NCBI GenBank assembly: GCA_965215275.1
Contig: OZ244044.1
Span: forward strand, 1,248,001-1,312,000
Length of the DNA stretch: 64,000 nucleotides
From: Thermodesulfobacteriota bacterium
GTDB taxonomy: Bacteria; Desulfobacterota_D; UBA1144; Nemesobacterales; JAJCZQ01
Direction: 5' to 3'
The notes beneath the pieces are model-generated. The model was given only the letters and a program-made list of their open reading frames with translations, was not told where the DNA came from and did not search any database. Below, one piece after another: positions 39,624-49,836 of the stretch. Numbering within the stretch: the first letter of the stretch is position 1; each line of letters starts with the position of its first letter. The translations under genes were made by a program, and so were the position numbers.

Positions 39624-42179
39624 CTAACTGCACTTGGAATAACCACAGGATTTGCAAGTCATGCAGCCAGATTCAAATGCCAGGGCTCTATCACCACATT
39701 CCGGACAGTCTTCAAGCATGACGTCGTAGCTGCCGCTCAAGCCTTTTGTAAAGAGATCCGCTTGTTTTATGTTAGATGGAGTTTTTTTTTCCTCATTAAC
39801 GTTAGGATTATCATTATCCATAAAGTTATTTCTCAACACTGTTGCTATGGCATCAGGAATGGACATTACCAGCTTTCCATCTGAAAAAACGGGAGAGGAA
39901 CCACCTATTCCCGTCAGCTGTTCTACAACGTCCTTAACGTCAACGCCGGATCTTAGCAGCAGTGACACCAGTCTGCCAGTTGCTTCTGCGTTTGCCATTG
40001 CGGTGTAGCCTGATTTTCCAATTTGGACGAATACCTCAAGAGGCTTTTCCTGATACGTGTTTACAGTTACGTACAGGTTTCCATACCCGGTCTTTATTAC
40101 CTCCGTGAATCCCTGTAAACGCTGAGGTCTTTTTACAGGTTTGATCCCGGAAGTAGGAAGGGGATGAGGGGATGAGGTGAGGTTGGGGTGGGTGATTAGC
40201 ATCCCTTCATCCCGGGTTGAAATGTCGTCCTTTAAACTGCTGTCTAACTCTTCTTTTGCCTTTTTTTGTTTTGCACCTTCTTCTGTTACCAGAATGCCTT
40301 GTCTGGAACCTTCCCTGTAAACGGTTATTCCCTTGCATCCCATTTTCCATGCAAGAAAATATATCTTTTCAACTTCTTCCAAAGTAATGTCCGTGGGAAG
40401 GTTTACAGTACTTGAAATACACGAATCTATGTGTTTTTGGATCGCTGCTTGCATGCGAACCCGCATTTGCGGTTCTATTTCATGGGAAGTAACAAAGGTT
40501 TTTGGAAGTTCCGTCTCGCTGTCAATATCGAACTTACTAAGATATTTGTTCACCAGTGGGTGATAAACCTTAAATTCTCCTTTGGAAAGAGACTCGGAGC
40601 GTCTGTAATAAGAGAGGGCGAACATGGGTTCAACGCCACTTGTCGTGCCTGCGAGCACCGAACCGCTTCCAACTGGAGGGACGGTCAGTATGCATGCGTT
40701 TCTCAAGCCTTGATCTTTAATTTTTTCAACTACGTTCTTTCCTATGGAATCCAAAAAATCGTTAGATAGGTGTACGTCCAGATCAAAGGCGGGAAAACTG
40801 CCTTTTTCTTGAGCCAGATCGGAACTTGCTTCGTAAACGATGTTCTTGATGTGTTCAAACATCTTATCCGTGAAGTCAATTGCTTCATAACTGTCGTATT
40901 GTATATTCAGTTTGGCAAGCATATCCCCAAAACCGGTAAATCCTACCCCTATCCTTCTTGAACGAGTGGAAGCATCAGTTTGATACTTGATCGGATGCTT
41001 CTCCATGTTGTAGTCAAGTATATTGTCAAGAAATCTTACTGAATACCTGAAAGCCTGCTCAAGGTTTTTCCAATCGATCTTTGCTTCTTTTGTAAATTCA
41101 TCCGTTACGAACATAGACAGATTGACGTTTCCAAGACAGCAATTACCGTAGTCTTCAAGTGCCTGTTCGCTGCAAGGGTTTACTCCGTTGACCTCCATAC
41201 CGTTATATTCCGTAGGAGAGTATCTTTTGACCGAATCCCAGAAGATCAGTCCTGGCTCCGCTGACTCGTGAGCTGATTTAACTAATTTGTCCCATATATC
41301 CCTTGCTCGGACCTTCTTGCTTATATTTGTCATATCACTGTTAAAACTAAGTTCAAAATCCGTATCGTTCTCTACCGCTTTCATAAACTCGTCGGTGACT
41401 TTTACGGAAATGTTTGCAAACTGGACCTTCCTTCGTTCCGGGTCGTTCTTTACGTCGAGAAATTCGATTATATCAGGGTGGTCCACTCTGATGGTTATCA
41501 TTAAAGCTCCACGTCTGCCTGCCTGCCCGATCGTACCAGTTGTAGTTGACAGCAGGTCCATGAAAGAGACCGCACCCGTGGAATAAACCGCTGAATTATT
41601 TACAGGGGCTCCTTTAGGTCTCAGAATAGATATATCCGTACCTACTCCACCACCGAACGAATAAGTCCTTGCTGCTTCTTTGCACCATTCAAATATCGCC
41701 TCTATGGAATCCTCTCTGATAGGCATGAAGTAGCAGTTAAGTAAAGTAGCACGCCTTTTCTGTCCTGCTCCGAAAAGTATCCGTCCTCCCGGTATGAATT
41801 TAAAATCTGACAGCAGCCAGTGGAATTTTTCTTTCCACTCTTCTCTGAGCTGTTTGTTTTTCTCAGGAGAGGATACTTCCCTTGCAACCCTGTTCCATAA
41901 CTCTTCCGGGGTTTTTTCAACGATGTTGCCGGACGAGTCCCTGAGTGCATACTTTTCATAAAATACACGTGCTCTCAGTTCATCACCATCGAAGGCATCA
42001 ACGGTCTTGTGAGGTACCGTTATAGCTCCATCAGAGTATCTTGTATTATGGGTTTCAGAACGAGTTTCAGTTGGTTCTTCTTTGTCTTTGATATCACTTT
42101 CTAAAACTTCCTCGATCTGGTGTTTAAGGTTTTTTTCTTCAACGCTGATCAGGTTTTTACCATTGGATTTTTCAGACAT
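39624..42179 (-). CDS. nrdJ: Adenosylcobalamin-dependent (class II) ribonucleotide reductase
   Basis: FIPGGRIL, NC, RRGA, NPCSEQ, CCLGNVNL, KGITVYR, TSCPD-type domain, C-terminal CPECG...CKSCGYSKC. Confidence 0.93.
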   Translation of the reverse strand: MSEKSNGKNLISVEEKNLKHQIEEVLESDIKDKEEPTETRSETHNTRYSDGAITVPHKTVDAFDGDELRARVFYEKYALRDSSGNIVEKTPEELWNRVAREVSSPEKNKQLREEWKEKFHWLLSDFKFIPGGRILFGAGQKRRATLLNCYFMPIREDSIEAIFEWCKEAARTYSFGGGVGTDISILRPKGAPVNNSAVYSTGAVSFMDLLSTTTGTIGQAGRRGALMITIRVDHPDIIEFLDVKNDPERRKVQFANISVKVTDEFMKAVENDTDFELSFNSDMTNISKKVRARDIWDKLVKSAHESAEPGLIFWDSVKRYSPTEYNGMEVNGVNPCSEQALEDYGNCCLGNVNLSMFVTDEFTKEAKIDWKNLEQAFRYSVRFLDNILDYNMEKHPIKYQTDASTRSRRIGVGFTGFGDMLAKLNIQYDSYEAIDFTDKMFEHIKNIVYEASSDLAQEKGSFPAFDLDVHLSNDFLDSIGKNVVEKIKDQGLRNACILTVPPVGSGSVLAGTTSGVEPMFALSYYRRSESLSKGEFKVYHPLVNKYLSKFDIDSETELPKTFVTSHEIEPQMRVRMQAAIQKHIDSCISSTVNLPTDITLEEVEKIYFLAWKMGCKGITVYREGSRQGILVTEEGAKQKKAKEELDSSLKDDISTRDEGMLITHPNLTSSPHPLPTSGIKPVKRPQRLQGFTEVIKTGYGNLYVTVNTYQEKPLEVFVQIGKSGYTAMANAEATGRLVSLLLRSGVDVKDVVEQLTGIGGSSPVFSDGKLVMSIPDAIATVLRNNFMDNDNPNVNEEKKTPSNIKQADLFTKGLSGSYDVMLEDCPECGDRALAFESGCMTCKSCGYSKCS

Positions 42180-42348
42180 GTTGCAAGAACCCCTCCTTTT
42201 TTGGTATGAATGTTCGTCTTTGTTTTGACTTTGGACTCTGTAAGAATTTGTATTTATCGGTTGTGAGTATCAGGTTTTCCATTGGACTTAGCTTTATCTG
42301 CTGCTTTAGCCTTGGAGACAAAAAATTTTTTCCATCTTACTCATAAAT

Positions 42349-42406
42349 ATCAAATATATTGTAGCTAATCGTTAAAAATTAAGCCATATTCCACAATATG
42401 TAGTAT
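42349..42406. promoter_or_regulatory. Putative tandem NrdR boxes
   Basis: ATCAAATATATTGTAG (42349-42364) and CCACAATATGTAGTAT (42391-42406), 42 bp apart, upstream of nrdJ; resemble consensus acaCwAtATaTwGtgt. Confidence 0.55.
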
Positions 42407-42576
42407 ACGCTATCATACATTTTATATAAATGTCAAGAAATAAAAATCCTCACACTGTGACACAAAGGCAGTTCTGTGATAAAATAAGACCGATCTTCAA
42501 AAATGTTAACACCCTTTTACATTTCCTCTTCGGGGGACCTGTATGTTTAAACGGTGAGGGTTCAAAGACCGACAGT

Positions 42577-42996
42577 ATGCGTGTTTTAGCACTTGACGTG
42601 GGAACAAAAACTATAGGAGTAGCTGTAAGTGACGAACTTAAAATATCTTCAAACGGGGTAAAAAAGATAGACAGGAAAGATTTTAAAAATGATCTGAATG
42701 AAATAAAGAAAATCCTGGATCAGTATAAACCCACCGAAATAGTTGTTGGCGTTCCATACAGAGAAGATGGTTCGCTTGGGGCAAGAGGCATTGACATTAA
42801 GAAATTCGCAAAAAAAATTGAGAATAGTTTTAAACTTCCCGTTATATATTTTGATGAAAGCTACTCAACGGTTATTGCAGAAAGAGCCTTGATAGAAGCA
42901 GACGTTAGCAGAAAAAAAAGAAAGAAGTTAATCGATAAAATGGCTGCGGTGGTCATTTTACAGGACTATCTTGAGAGCCATAACCTATCACCCTGA
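42577..42996 (+). CDS. ruvX: Holliday junction resolvase-like RuvX/YqgF
   Basis: MRVLALDVGTKTIGVAVSD, VVGVP, DESYST, IDKMAAVVILQDYL. Confidence 0.94.
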   Translation: MRVLALDVGTKTIGVAVSDELKISSNGVKKIDRKDFKNDLNEIKKILDQYKPTEIVVGVPYREDGSLGARGIDIKKFAKKIENSFKLPVIYFDESYSTVIAERALIEADVSRKKRKKLIDKMAAVVILQDYLESHNLSP

Positions 42997-43002
42997 AATC
43001 CT

Positions 43003-43788
43003 ATGCCTTTTGCACGATCAAATGGAATAACAATTCACTATGAAATCCACGGAAAAGGTAATCCGCTGGTTTTGATATCAGGATTGGGAAGCCGTCTCGA
43101 GAGTTGGGAGACCCAGATACCGATCTATTCAAAAAGGTTTAAAGTTATCGTCTTTGATAACAGAGGGGTTGGAGCATCAGAAGTGACTGAGCCGGGATTC
43201 GGGATCGAAGATATGGCCGATGACACGATCGGACTGCTTGATCATTTGAAACTTGGTTCTGCAAGTTTTGTTGGCAAGTCCATGGGTGGAATGATAGCAC
43301 AGAGAATTGCAATTAAATATCAGAGAAGGGTAAACAAGCTCGTTATTGGCTGCAGCACATCTTCACGTGATGAAGTAGGGAACTTTATACTCAGCAGTTC
43401 CAGGGAGATCGCAAAAAAAGCGGGAATGAAGGTCGTATGGGCAATGGCGTTGTTCTTAGGATATACAAGGGAATATATTGAAAAGAACATTGATCACATA
43501 AGGCAAGTCCAGGAGAACATTTCCGAAGACGAAGAAGTTTTAAAAGGATATCTGGGGCAGCTCAAAGCATGTGAAAAGCATCATAGCCTGGATGAAATTA
43601 ACAAAATAAGATCTGATACCCTGATCATGTGTGGTGAAAAAGATCTCATCACGTCTGCGGAAAGATCGGTCGAGATGGCAGACAGGATACCAAGCTGCAG
43701 GTTAGAGCGTTTTAAGGACGTAGGACATGGATTCTGGAGGGAAAAGCAAGAAGAAGTAGATAAACTGGTGATGGAATTTCTGAGTTAG
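43003..43788 (+). CDS. Alpha/beta hydrolase
   Basis: FDNRGVG, GKSMGG nucleophile elbow, GEKD, GH. Confidence 0.9.
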   Translation: MPFARSNGITIHYEIHGKGNPLVLISGLGSRLESWETQIPIYSKRFKVIVFDNRGVGASEVTEPGFGIEDMADDTIGLLDHLKLGSASFVGKSMGGMIAQRIAIKYQRRVNKLVIGCSTSSRDEVGNFILSSSREIAKKAGMKVVWAMALFLGYTREYIEKNIDHIRQVQENISEDEEVLKGYLGQLKACEKHHSLDEINKIRSDTLIMCGEKDLITSAERSVEMADRIPSCRLERFKDVGHGFWREKQEEVDKLVMEFLS

Positions 43789-43967
43789 AAAGCAATTAAC
43801 GCTTTTACGTCCTATTAACCGTATCATCTTCTGAACGCATACCGGTTCATATATAAAAAACGGAAGCAGTTTAAAATTTAACAGAGGACTTATATAGATT
43901 AGACTTGTAGTTTTTATTTTTTGATCACGTCTCTAACCAATATAAAGTTCAGACATGACTTAACTCC

Positions 43968-45539
43968 ATGGAAAAACCGCAGTCTCAAAGCAGGGAGAAA
44001 TACCAGCACGATGGTTCGTCGCTGTTTACAAGCATCCGGGAAGGTTACTGGGTTCTTCTTGCAGCCATAATCGGCACCGGTATGCCTTTTATTGACAGTA
44101 CCGGGATCAACACGATACTCCCTATCCTGCATCTGGAGCTTGGTACAAAGATAACCCAGGCACAGTGGATAATGGTGAGTTATGCACTGTTCATTTCTTC
44201 TCTGATCTTATTTGGAGGAGCTTTAAGCGATAAATTCGGAAGAAAAAAAATATTGATTATAGGACTTGTATCCTTTGCACTTTTTTCCTTATGGTGCGGA
44301 CTTGCTCCTTCTGCTAACGCTCTTATTGTGGCAAGGGCTTTTCAAGGGGTTGGAGGAGCATTGTTAATTCCTGCCAGTCTGGCTTTGCTGACGGTCTCTT
44401 TTGATCCCAAGGTAAGGAGCAGGGCACTTGGTATCTGGTCAGGATCAGTTGCAGCTACGGCAGCACTCGGTCCGGTGCTGGGAGGATGGCTTGCAGAACA
44501 TTACTCCTGGAGATATCTCTTTTTTATAAATATACCCATTACTTTGACCATCTTGCCCATTTTAATTTGGAAAATTAAGAACGACAGGAACCTGAGACCC
44601 GTTAAACTCGACCTGATCGGTTCTCTGCTTGCTTCATGCAGTCTCGGATTTCTTGTATTTGGTCTTATTGAATCTCCGAATATGGGTTATTACGACGTCC
44701 GTATAATAGGATCTGTAGTTTTTGGACTGATATTGGGAGGAATGTTTATATCCTATGAGAAGAGAATAAAGGAACCGCTTGTTCCGATGGAGTTGTTTCA
44801 CTCAAAGACGTTTACGGGAGCGAACATCGTCTCGTTTTTATTTTGGTTTTCGTGGAACGCGGTGATCTTCTATTTACCGTTCGGTTTTATTCAGCTTTAT
44901 GAATACAGTGCCGTGGAACTGGCGGTCAGTTTTCTCCCGGGATTTTTATCTCTGCTTGTATTTGCTTCGTTTTCGGGAGATCTTATCAGAGTTTTTAGTG
45001 TAAGATCACTGTTAATGGCAGGGTTTTTGACGGTTTCTGTCTCTTTCTATCTTTTTTCTCTTCCTGGGATGAACGTAAATTATACCAACGACTGGCTTCT
45101 TGGTATTTTGCTTATGGGGGCGGGAATAGGTATATCAAGTTCGCCAATGATATCTGCTGTTGTCAGTTCCCAGGACAAGAAATATTCTGGATTGGTGTCT
45201 GGAATTAACAATGCGGTTGGCAGAGTTGGTGGTCTGATGGGTATAACTATAACAGGACTGATCGGGATCAACGTTTTCAATATTAATCTTGATAGATTTC
45301 TAGTTGATATAGCATTAGATGCGGATGCACTTGAGATGTTGAAAGCAGAGAGGATAAAACTTGTTGCGGCTAAAGTCCCGGAGTCGCTTGATGCCGAGAC
45401 TAAAGATGCCGTTCTGTTTGCACTGAGCAGTTCATTCCATATTACACTTACGTTTATGATGAAGATATGCTCTTGTATCTGCTTTATTGCAGGTCTGTTG
45501 ACGTATTTTTTTATAGATGATTCTAAAATTGATACTTAA
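43968..45539 (+). CDS. MFS transporter, DHA2 (14-TM) type
   Basis: GALSDKFGRKK motif A, ARAFQGVGGA, GPVLGGWL, WRYLFFINIP. Confidence 0.92.
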   Translation: MEKPQSQSREKYQHDGSSLFTSIREGYWVLLAAIIGTGMPFIDSTGINTILPILHLELGTKITQAQWIMVSYALFISSLILFGGALSDKFGRKKILIIGLVSFALFSLWCGLAPSANALIVARAFQGVGGALLIPASLALLTVSFDPKVRSRALGIWSGSVAATAALGPVLGGWLAEHYSWRYLFFINIPITLTILPILIWKIKNDRNLRPVKLDLIGSLLASCSLGFLVFGLIESPNMGYYDVRIIGSVVFGLILGGMFISYEKRIKEPLVPMELFHSKTFTGANIVSFLFWFSWNAVIFYLPFGFIQLYEYSAVELAVSFLPGFLSLLVFASFSGDLIRVFSVRSLLMAGFLTVSVSFYLFSLPGMNVNYTNDWLLGILLMGAGIGISSSPMISAVVSSQDKKYSGLVSGINNAVGRVGGLMGITITGLIGINVFNINLDRFLVDIALDADALEMLKAERIKLVAAKVPESLDAETKDAVLFALSSSFHITLTFMMKICSCICFIAGLLTYFFIDDSKIDT

Positions 45540-45648
45540 TCAAGTGCTTTTATTATTAGGGAATTATATCCATAGATACACCTACAGGATAATTAATACC
45601 ATGCACTTATTATAAAAAAGACCCATACGACCTCAGTGATGAAATTAT

Positions 45649-45935
45649 TCAGTGGATGTTTACTCTTGCAGTTTCAACCACGCATTTAAATGTATCAGGG
45701 TCTCTTATAGCTATTTCAGATAATGATCTTGTCCAGGTCTACTTTGACCCGCTTTAAAGCATTAATGAACCTGCTGTGAGATAAACCAAAGTCTGATAGC
45801 CGCGTTAGCTCTTATTATCCAGAGTTTTTCTAAAATCTGTATTCAGGTATTAGTGCCTCTCCTCAATTTCTTTACTTGCCTCTTATATCTAATATCAACC
45901 TTGTGTGTGCTCTTTTGCCAAAAAACCATCCATAA
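45649..45935 (-). pseudogene. rplT: Frameshifted 50S ribosomal protein L20 remnant
   Basis: Minus-strand pieces DFRK/LWIIRANAAIRL/GLSHSRFINALKRVKVDLDKI/LSEIAIRDPDTFKCVVETAR; 5' boundary approximate. Confidence 0.8.
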
Positions 45936-45962
45936 GTTCACAGATATTAAATATATTCACAC

Positions 45963-46014
45963 AAAAAAAGCAGGGTTAATTGAGTGTCATACTGACGGTC
46001 AATTAACCCTGCTT
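45963..46014 (-). terminator. Rho-independent terminator of the lipoprotein gene
   Basis: 16-bp stem AAGCAGGGTTAATTGA/TCAATTAACCCTGCTT with T-run on the minus strand. Confidence 0.85.
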
Positions 46015-46081
46015 ACATTTTTCTAATACATCAATCACATCATCTCTTGCTGACCGCTCGAGAATGAAAAACTAACAGGAA

Positions 46082-47431
46082 CTACCGGTTTTCCCAGACA
46101 AAAATGTGTTCTTTCTGGTCTTCCATTACCTCAACTGTCGAATGAAAATCAGTGTCGTCTGCTGTGCCTCCTGCATCATCCGTAAAGAACATACCGTCAC
46201 TGTTAAATTCTTCCTCTGCTGCTTCTGCCTCCGCCTCTAACAAGACTCCAGCAGCCGTTTTGACCCTGCTTCTAATTCCTTCAAGTTCTATACCATCGGC
46301 AGCATTAGTGTTATTTTCATCCAGATAAATCCCTGCACCTACTATAAATCGTCTGTAGTTCCTTGGGTCGTAAGGAACACGTGAATCAGGAACATCAACA
46401 CTATTAATGTTACCAGATATCCTGAAATAACTGAGTTTAGGTGGATTATTCAAAGTATCAGGTTCGTTAAGCTTTGGAGCCGTGTATACACTCCAGACAC
46501 CTTCCTCTACCTTGTCAGGATTGACTCCTTCTGGATTGAACCTTAGATCAGCAATTACACCTGTTACTGGAAATAGCTCATCTACTGCTTCTTTTATATA
46601 CGCCCTTCCAGAATCATCCGTAGCTCCGTAAATATCATCCCCTTCATGTGCATCCGTAGTCCTGAAGTCATCTTTTGTAACTGAACTGGCTGGATGACAT
46701 GAGACGTTTACTGAATTTATTACTGATACTGTAGATATTATTGTTATATCACCACCAGGCTCTGTTCTTGTTACACGTTCATTGATTGATTCCTCTTTTT
46801 CTATCTCTGCTATAAACAGGTAAAGTTCCCCATTTTCACTGTTTATACCAGATAGTCTTTCTATATCGTCTGGAGCAGAATGTGTACCACAAATAGTCTC
46901 AATTGCTTCATTAACCTCGGTATGGGAATAATCATGGACAATATCGTCTATACGGTCTGTAGCCTCATCAACCAGTTTTTGCAGATTTTCAATTCTGGCG
47001 TCAGTATGAGGGTTATCACCAAGACAGATCCCTGCCCCTACAAAACGATAAGCATTTTCTGCCGCTCTTTCCAGGTACGAAACCTTATAGGCTCCATCAC
47101 AATCCGTAGAATCATCAGCAGGATCAGTAACACCACCATCAGCGTCAAGATCAGACGTCCATCTATAGGCAGCCCAACCTGAATTGCCTGTAGACAGGAC
47201 ATCCCTGAATTTGTCAAAGATACGTACACCTTCTTTGCCGTATTCCGGCAACTCTGTTACATCTCTTTCCTCAGTTAAATCACCTTCACTACCGTCAGAT
47301 TGAGGATTAGGATGGAAAATCAGCCAACTGTTTCTTGGTATTGCTTCACCTTGTACGCCACCGTCGTCATCATCACATGAAACGGTAAAAAACAAGGTAA
47401 ACATCAACAACAGAACGAAAATCTTTTTCAT
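46082..47431 (-). CDS. Acidic lipoprotein with Cache-like domains, copy 1
   Basis: Lipobox TVSC; DDSGRAYIKE, KLSYFR, FIVGAGIYL, GWAAYRW...KVSY...FVGAG motifs. Confidence 0.75.
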   Translation of the reverse strand: MKKIFVLLLMFTLFFTVSCDDDDGGVQGEAIPRNSWLIFHPNPQSDGSEGDLTEERDVTELPEYGKEGVRIFDKFRDVLSTGNSGWAAYRWTSDLDADGGVTDPADDSTDCDGAYKVSYLERAAENAYRFVGAGICLGDNPHTDARIENLQKLVDEATDRIDDIVHDYSHTEVNEAIETICGTHSAPDDIERLSGINSENGELYLFIAEIEKEESINERVTRTEPGGDITIISTVSVINSVNVSCHPASSVTKDDFRTTDAHEGDDIYGATDDSGRAYIKEAVDELFPVTGVIADLRFNPEGVNPDKVEEGVWSVYTAPKLNEPDTLNNPPKLSYFRISGNINSVDVPDSRVPYDPRNYRRFIVGAGIYLDENNTNAADGIELEGIRSRVKTAAGVLLEAEAEAAEEEFNSDGMFFTDDAGGTADDTDFHSTVEVMEDQKEHIFVWENR

Positions 47432-47678
47432 TATTACCCCCCCCCCTCCGTAATTGTCTATAAATTTAAAATATCAGAACATTTACAAGATAGTTGTATC
47501 ACATGGGTTATACCTTGTCAATCATATATAACAATAATGGGAAAATTCGTGCAAAATTCATTTCAGTTTTAATAAAGCTAACATAGTTCAAAATTCCAGT
47601 TTAAAATTATCATCAACAATAGGAAGTTGCAAAGTTTTTGTTATTGGGAAAAGTTGTTACAAAATCAAGAGGTGTATT

Positions 47679-48128
47679 ATGAAGCTAAGAGACCTATATT
47701 TTACCGACGACAACATAGCAGGATTTATTGCAAGGATAGCTCTTGGAATTGTTATTCTGCCCCACGGACTTCAAAAATTGCTGGGTATGTTCGGTGGCGG
47801 AGGCTTTTCAAATACAGTTGAGTTTTTTGTCAGCAGTGGGATACCTGCTTTTATAGCTTTTTTAATTATTGTTGCAGAGTCGCTTGGTGCCTTGGCACTT
47901 ATAATGGGGTTAATGTCCAGGTTCTCTGCGGCGGCAATAAGCCTGATCATGCTTGCGGCCATCTTTATGGTGCACTTAAAGCATGGATTTTTCATGAACT
48001 GGTTTGGTAATCAGCAGGGCGAGGGTTATGAGTACCATATTCTTGCGATAGGACTTGGCTTGGTAGTTGCTCTTGTGGGTGCAGGAAAATTTTCCATTGA
48101 TCTGGTAATATCAAAGCACACACAATGA
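47679..48128 (+). CDS. DoxX-family membrane protein
   Basis: RIALGIVILPHGLQKL, VHLKHGFFMNW, GYEYHIL, GAGKFSID. Confidence 0.92.
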   Translation: MKLRDLYFTDDNIAGFIARIALGIVILPHGLQKLLGMFGGGGFSNTVEFFVSSGIPAFIAFLIIVAESLGALALIMGLMSRFSAAAISLIMLAAIFMVHLKHGFFMNWFGNQQGEGYEYHILAIGLGLVVALVGAGKFSIDLVISKHTQ

Positions 48129-48133
48129 CCGAA

Positions 48134-48394
48134 CTACCTTAAGGGGTCAACTGATATGGCTTCATCAATGAGAAGAATGGGGATTTCGTCAATGATCGGA
48201 TAGAGATACTTGCCATCTTCTCTTATAAGTCCCCCGTCCAGGGTTTTTTCCACGGGTTGATTTATACGGTTATAGATCTCCCTTTTTTCAATTGATCGGT
48301 TCAGTTGTTCAATCAAGCTGTTTTCAGCTATTCTTACTTTTTGTTTTGTTTCAGGACAGCAAACGATTGCAAGCAATTTCTTATCAATTTTCAT
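48134..48394 (-). CDS. Trm112-like protein
   Basis: LLAIVCCPETKQ...YPIIDEIPILLIDEA. Confidence 0.85.
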   Translation of the reverse strand: MKIDKKLLAIVCCPETKQKVRIAENSLIEQLNRSIEKREIYNRINQPVEKTLDGGLIREDGKYLYPIIDEIPILLIDEAISVDPLR

Positions 48395-48442
48395 ATAGGT
48401 TATATTCTATCAATTTTAAAATAGTGTTCAATCTTACCTGAC

Positions 48443-49765
48443 ATGTATTTTTACAACTTAGTCAGCTTTTTTGGTCTGCTCATCTTTTTACTTCTTGCCT
48501 GGATTATTTCTGAGAACAGGAAAAGCATAAATTACAAAACGGTGGTGTTTGGCCTTGGCTTTACGGTGGTAGCTGCTTTTTTCATTTTTCTGTTTCCTGT
48601 TGGTACAAAGGTCTTCTTGTTTCTCAATAAAGTTTTGCTTGAACTGATAAGCTCTTCGCAGGCCGGAACCGATTTTTTGTTTGGACCACTGGCTATTGCT
48701 CCTGGGTCCTTTGGTCCGGCAGGAGAAAAATCAATAGGATTTATTCTCGCCATCCAGGTTTTTCCGGTGGTCATATTTTTCTCGGCGTTAATGTCGATCC
48801 TTTACCATTACGGAATTATGCAGAAGGTAATTCAGTTTCTTGCCGGAGCGTTCTCAAAGTTTACAAAGATCTCCGGGGCTGAAGCAATGGTGGTAGTAAG
48901 CAATATATTCGTAGGTATAGAATCTGCTTTGGCATCAAGACCTTATATAGATAAGATGACAAGGTCCGAACTGTGTATGATCCTTACTTCCGGTATGGCA
49001 ACGGTCTCCTCAAGCGTGTTAAGTATTTATGTTTTTACCTTGGTAAAGGATTTTCCTTCAATTGCAGCTCATCTTATGTCTGCTTCCGTACTATCTGCAC
49101 CTGCGGCAATAGTCATCAGCAAGATAATGGTGCCGGAAACCGGTAAACCGGAAACGATGGGCAATGGCAGTAGCATTGTTCCTTACTATGAGAAGGAACC
49201 TAACGTGATAGGGGCCGTTATTAAAGGTTCTGAGGACGGCGTCAAAATGATCGTAGGAATATCCGCTCTTCTTATAGCGGTCCTTGGTATTGTGGAACTG
49301 TTTAATCTGTTCTCGGTAAATTCAGGGTATTTTATAAATGATCTTTTTGATATTGATTTTGCCTGGTCGCTTGAATCCATACTCGCTTATCTTTTCTATC
49401 CTTTTGCTTTACTGATAGGTATTCCAATAGACGACGTGTTCCATATATCAGAGGTGATAGGTAAAAGACTTATACTGACCGAAGTGGTTTCCTATCAGGA
49501 TTTTGCTGCACTGATAAAGGAAGGTAAGATCACAAATCAGAGAACGATAGTCATTACGAGTTATGCTCTCTGTGGTTTTGCACACTTTGCATCCATGGCG
49601 ATCTTTGTTGGTGGAATATCCGCACTTGCACCTAAAAGGACGTCCGAGATTGCTAAACTTGGGATAAAGGCACTGATCGCGGCGACTTTGGCATGCTTTA
49701 TAACCGCTTGCGTGGCAGGTATATTTTTTCAATCAGGCAGTGGTAAACTCCTTTTTTACAGTTGA
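48443..49765 (+). CDS. Concentrative nucleoside transporter (NupC/CNT family)
   Basis: FLFG, IFFSALMSILYH, NIFVG, GMATV, MSAS..SAPAA, YALCGFAHF. Confidence 0.92.
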   Translation: MYFYNLVSFFGLLIFLLLAWIISENRKSINYKTVVFGLGFTVVAAFFIFLFPVGTKVFLFLNKVLLELISSSQAGTDFLFGPLAIAPGSFGPAGEKSIGFILAIQVFPVVIFFSALMSILYHYGIMQKVIQFLAGAFSKFTKISGAEAMVVVSNIFVGIESALASRPYIDKMTRSELCMILTSGMATVSSSVLSIYVFTLVKDFPSIAAHLMSASVLSAPAAIVISKIMVPETGKPETMGNGSSIVPYYEKEPNVIGAVIKGSEDGVKMIVGISALLIAVLGIVELFNLFSVNSGYFINDLFDIDFAWSLESILAYLFYPFALLIGIPIDDVFHISEVIGKRLILTEVVSYQDFAALIKEGKITNQRTIVITSYALCGFAHFASMAIFVGGISALAPKRTSEIAKLGIKALIAATLACFITACVAGIFFQSGSGKLLFYS

Positions 49766-49836
49766 TCGGAAAATTAACTTAAGGATACCTAAAGGCAGAC
49801 CACGATTGGATAAGATAATGGAACCAGAGAAGAGAC

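Larger units (their letters stand above)
45572..47781. repeat. Dispersed duplication, copy 1 (about 2.2 kb)
   Basis: Homologous to 51385-53684; offset 5857 bp over the near-identical left part. Confidence 0.93.
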
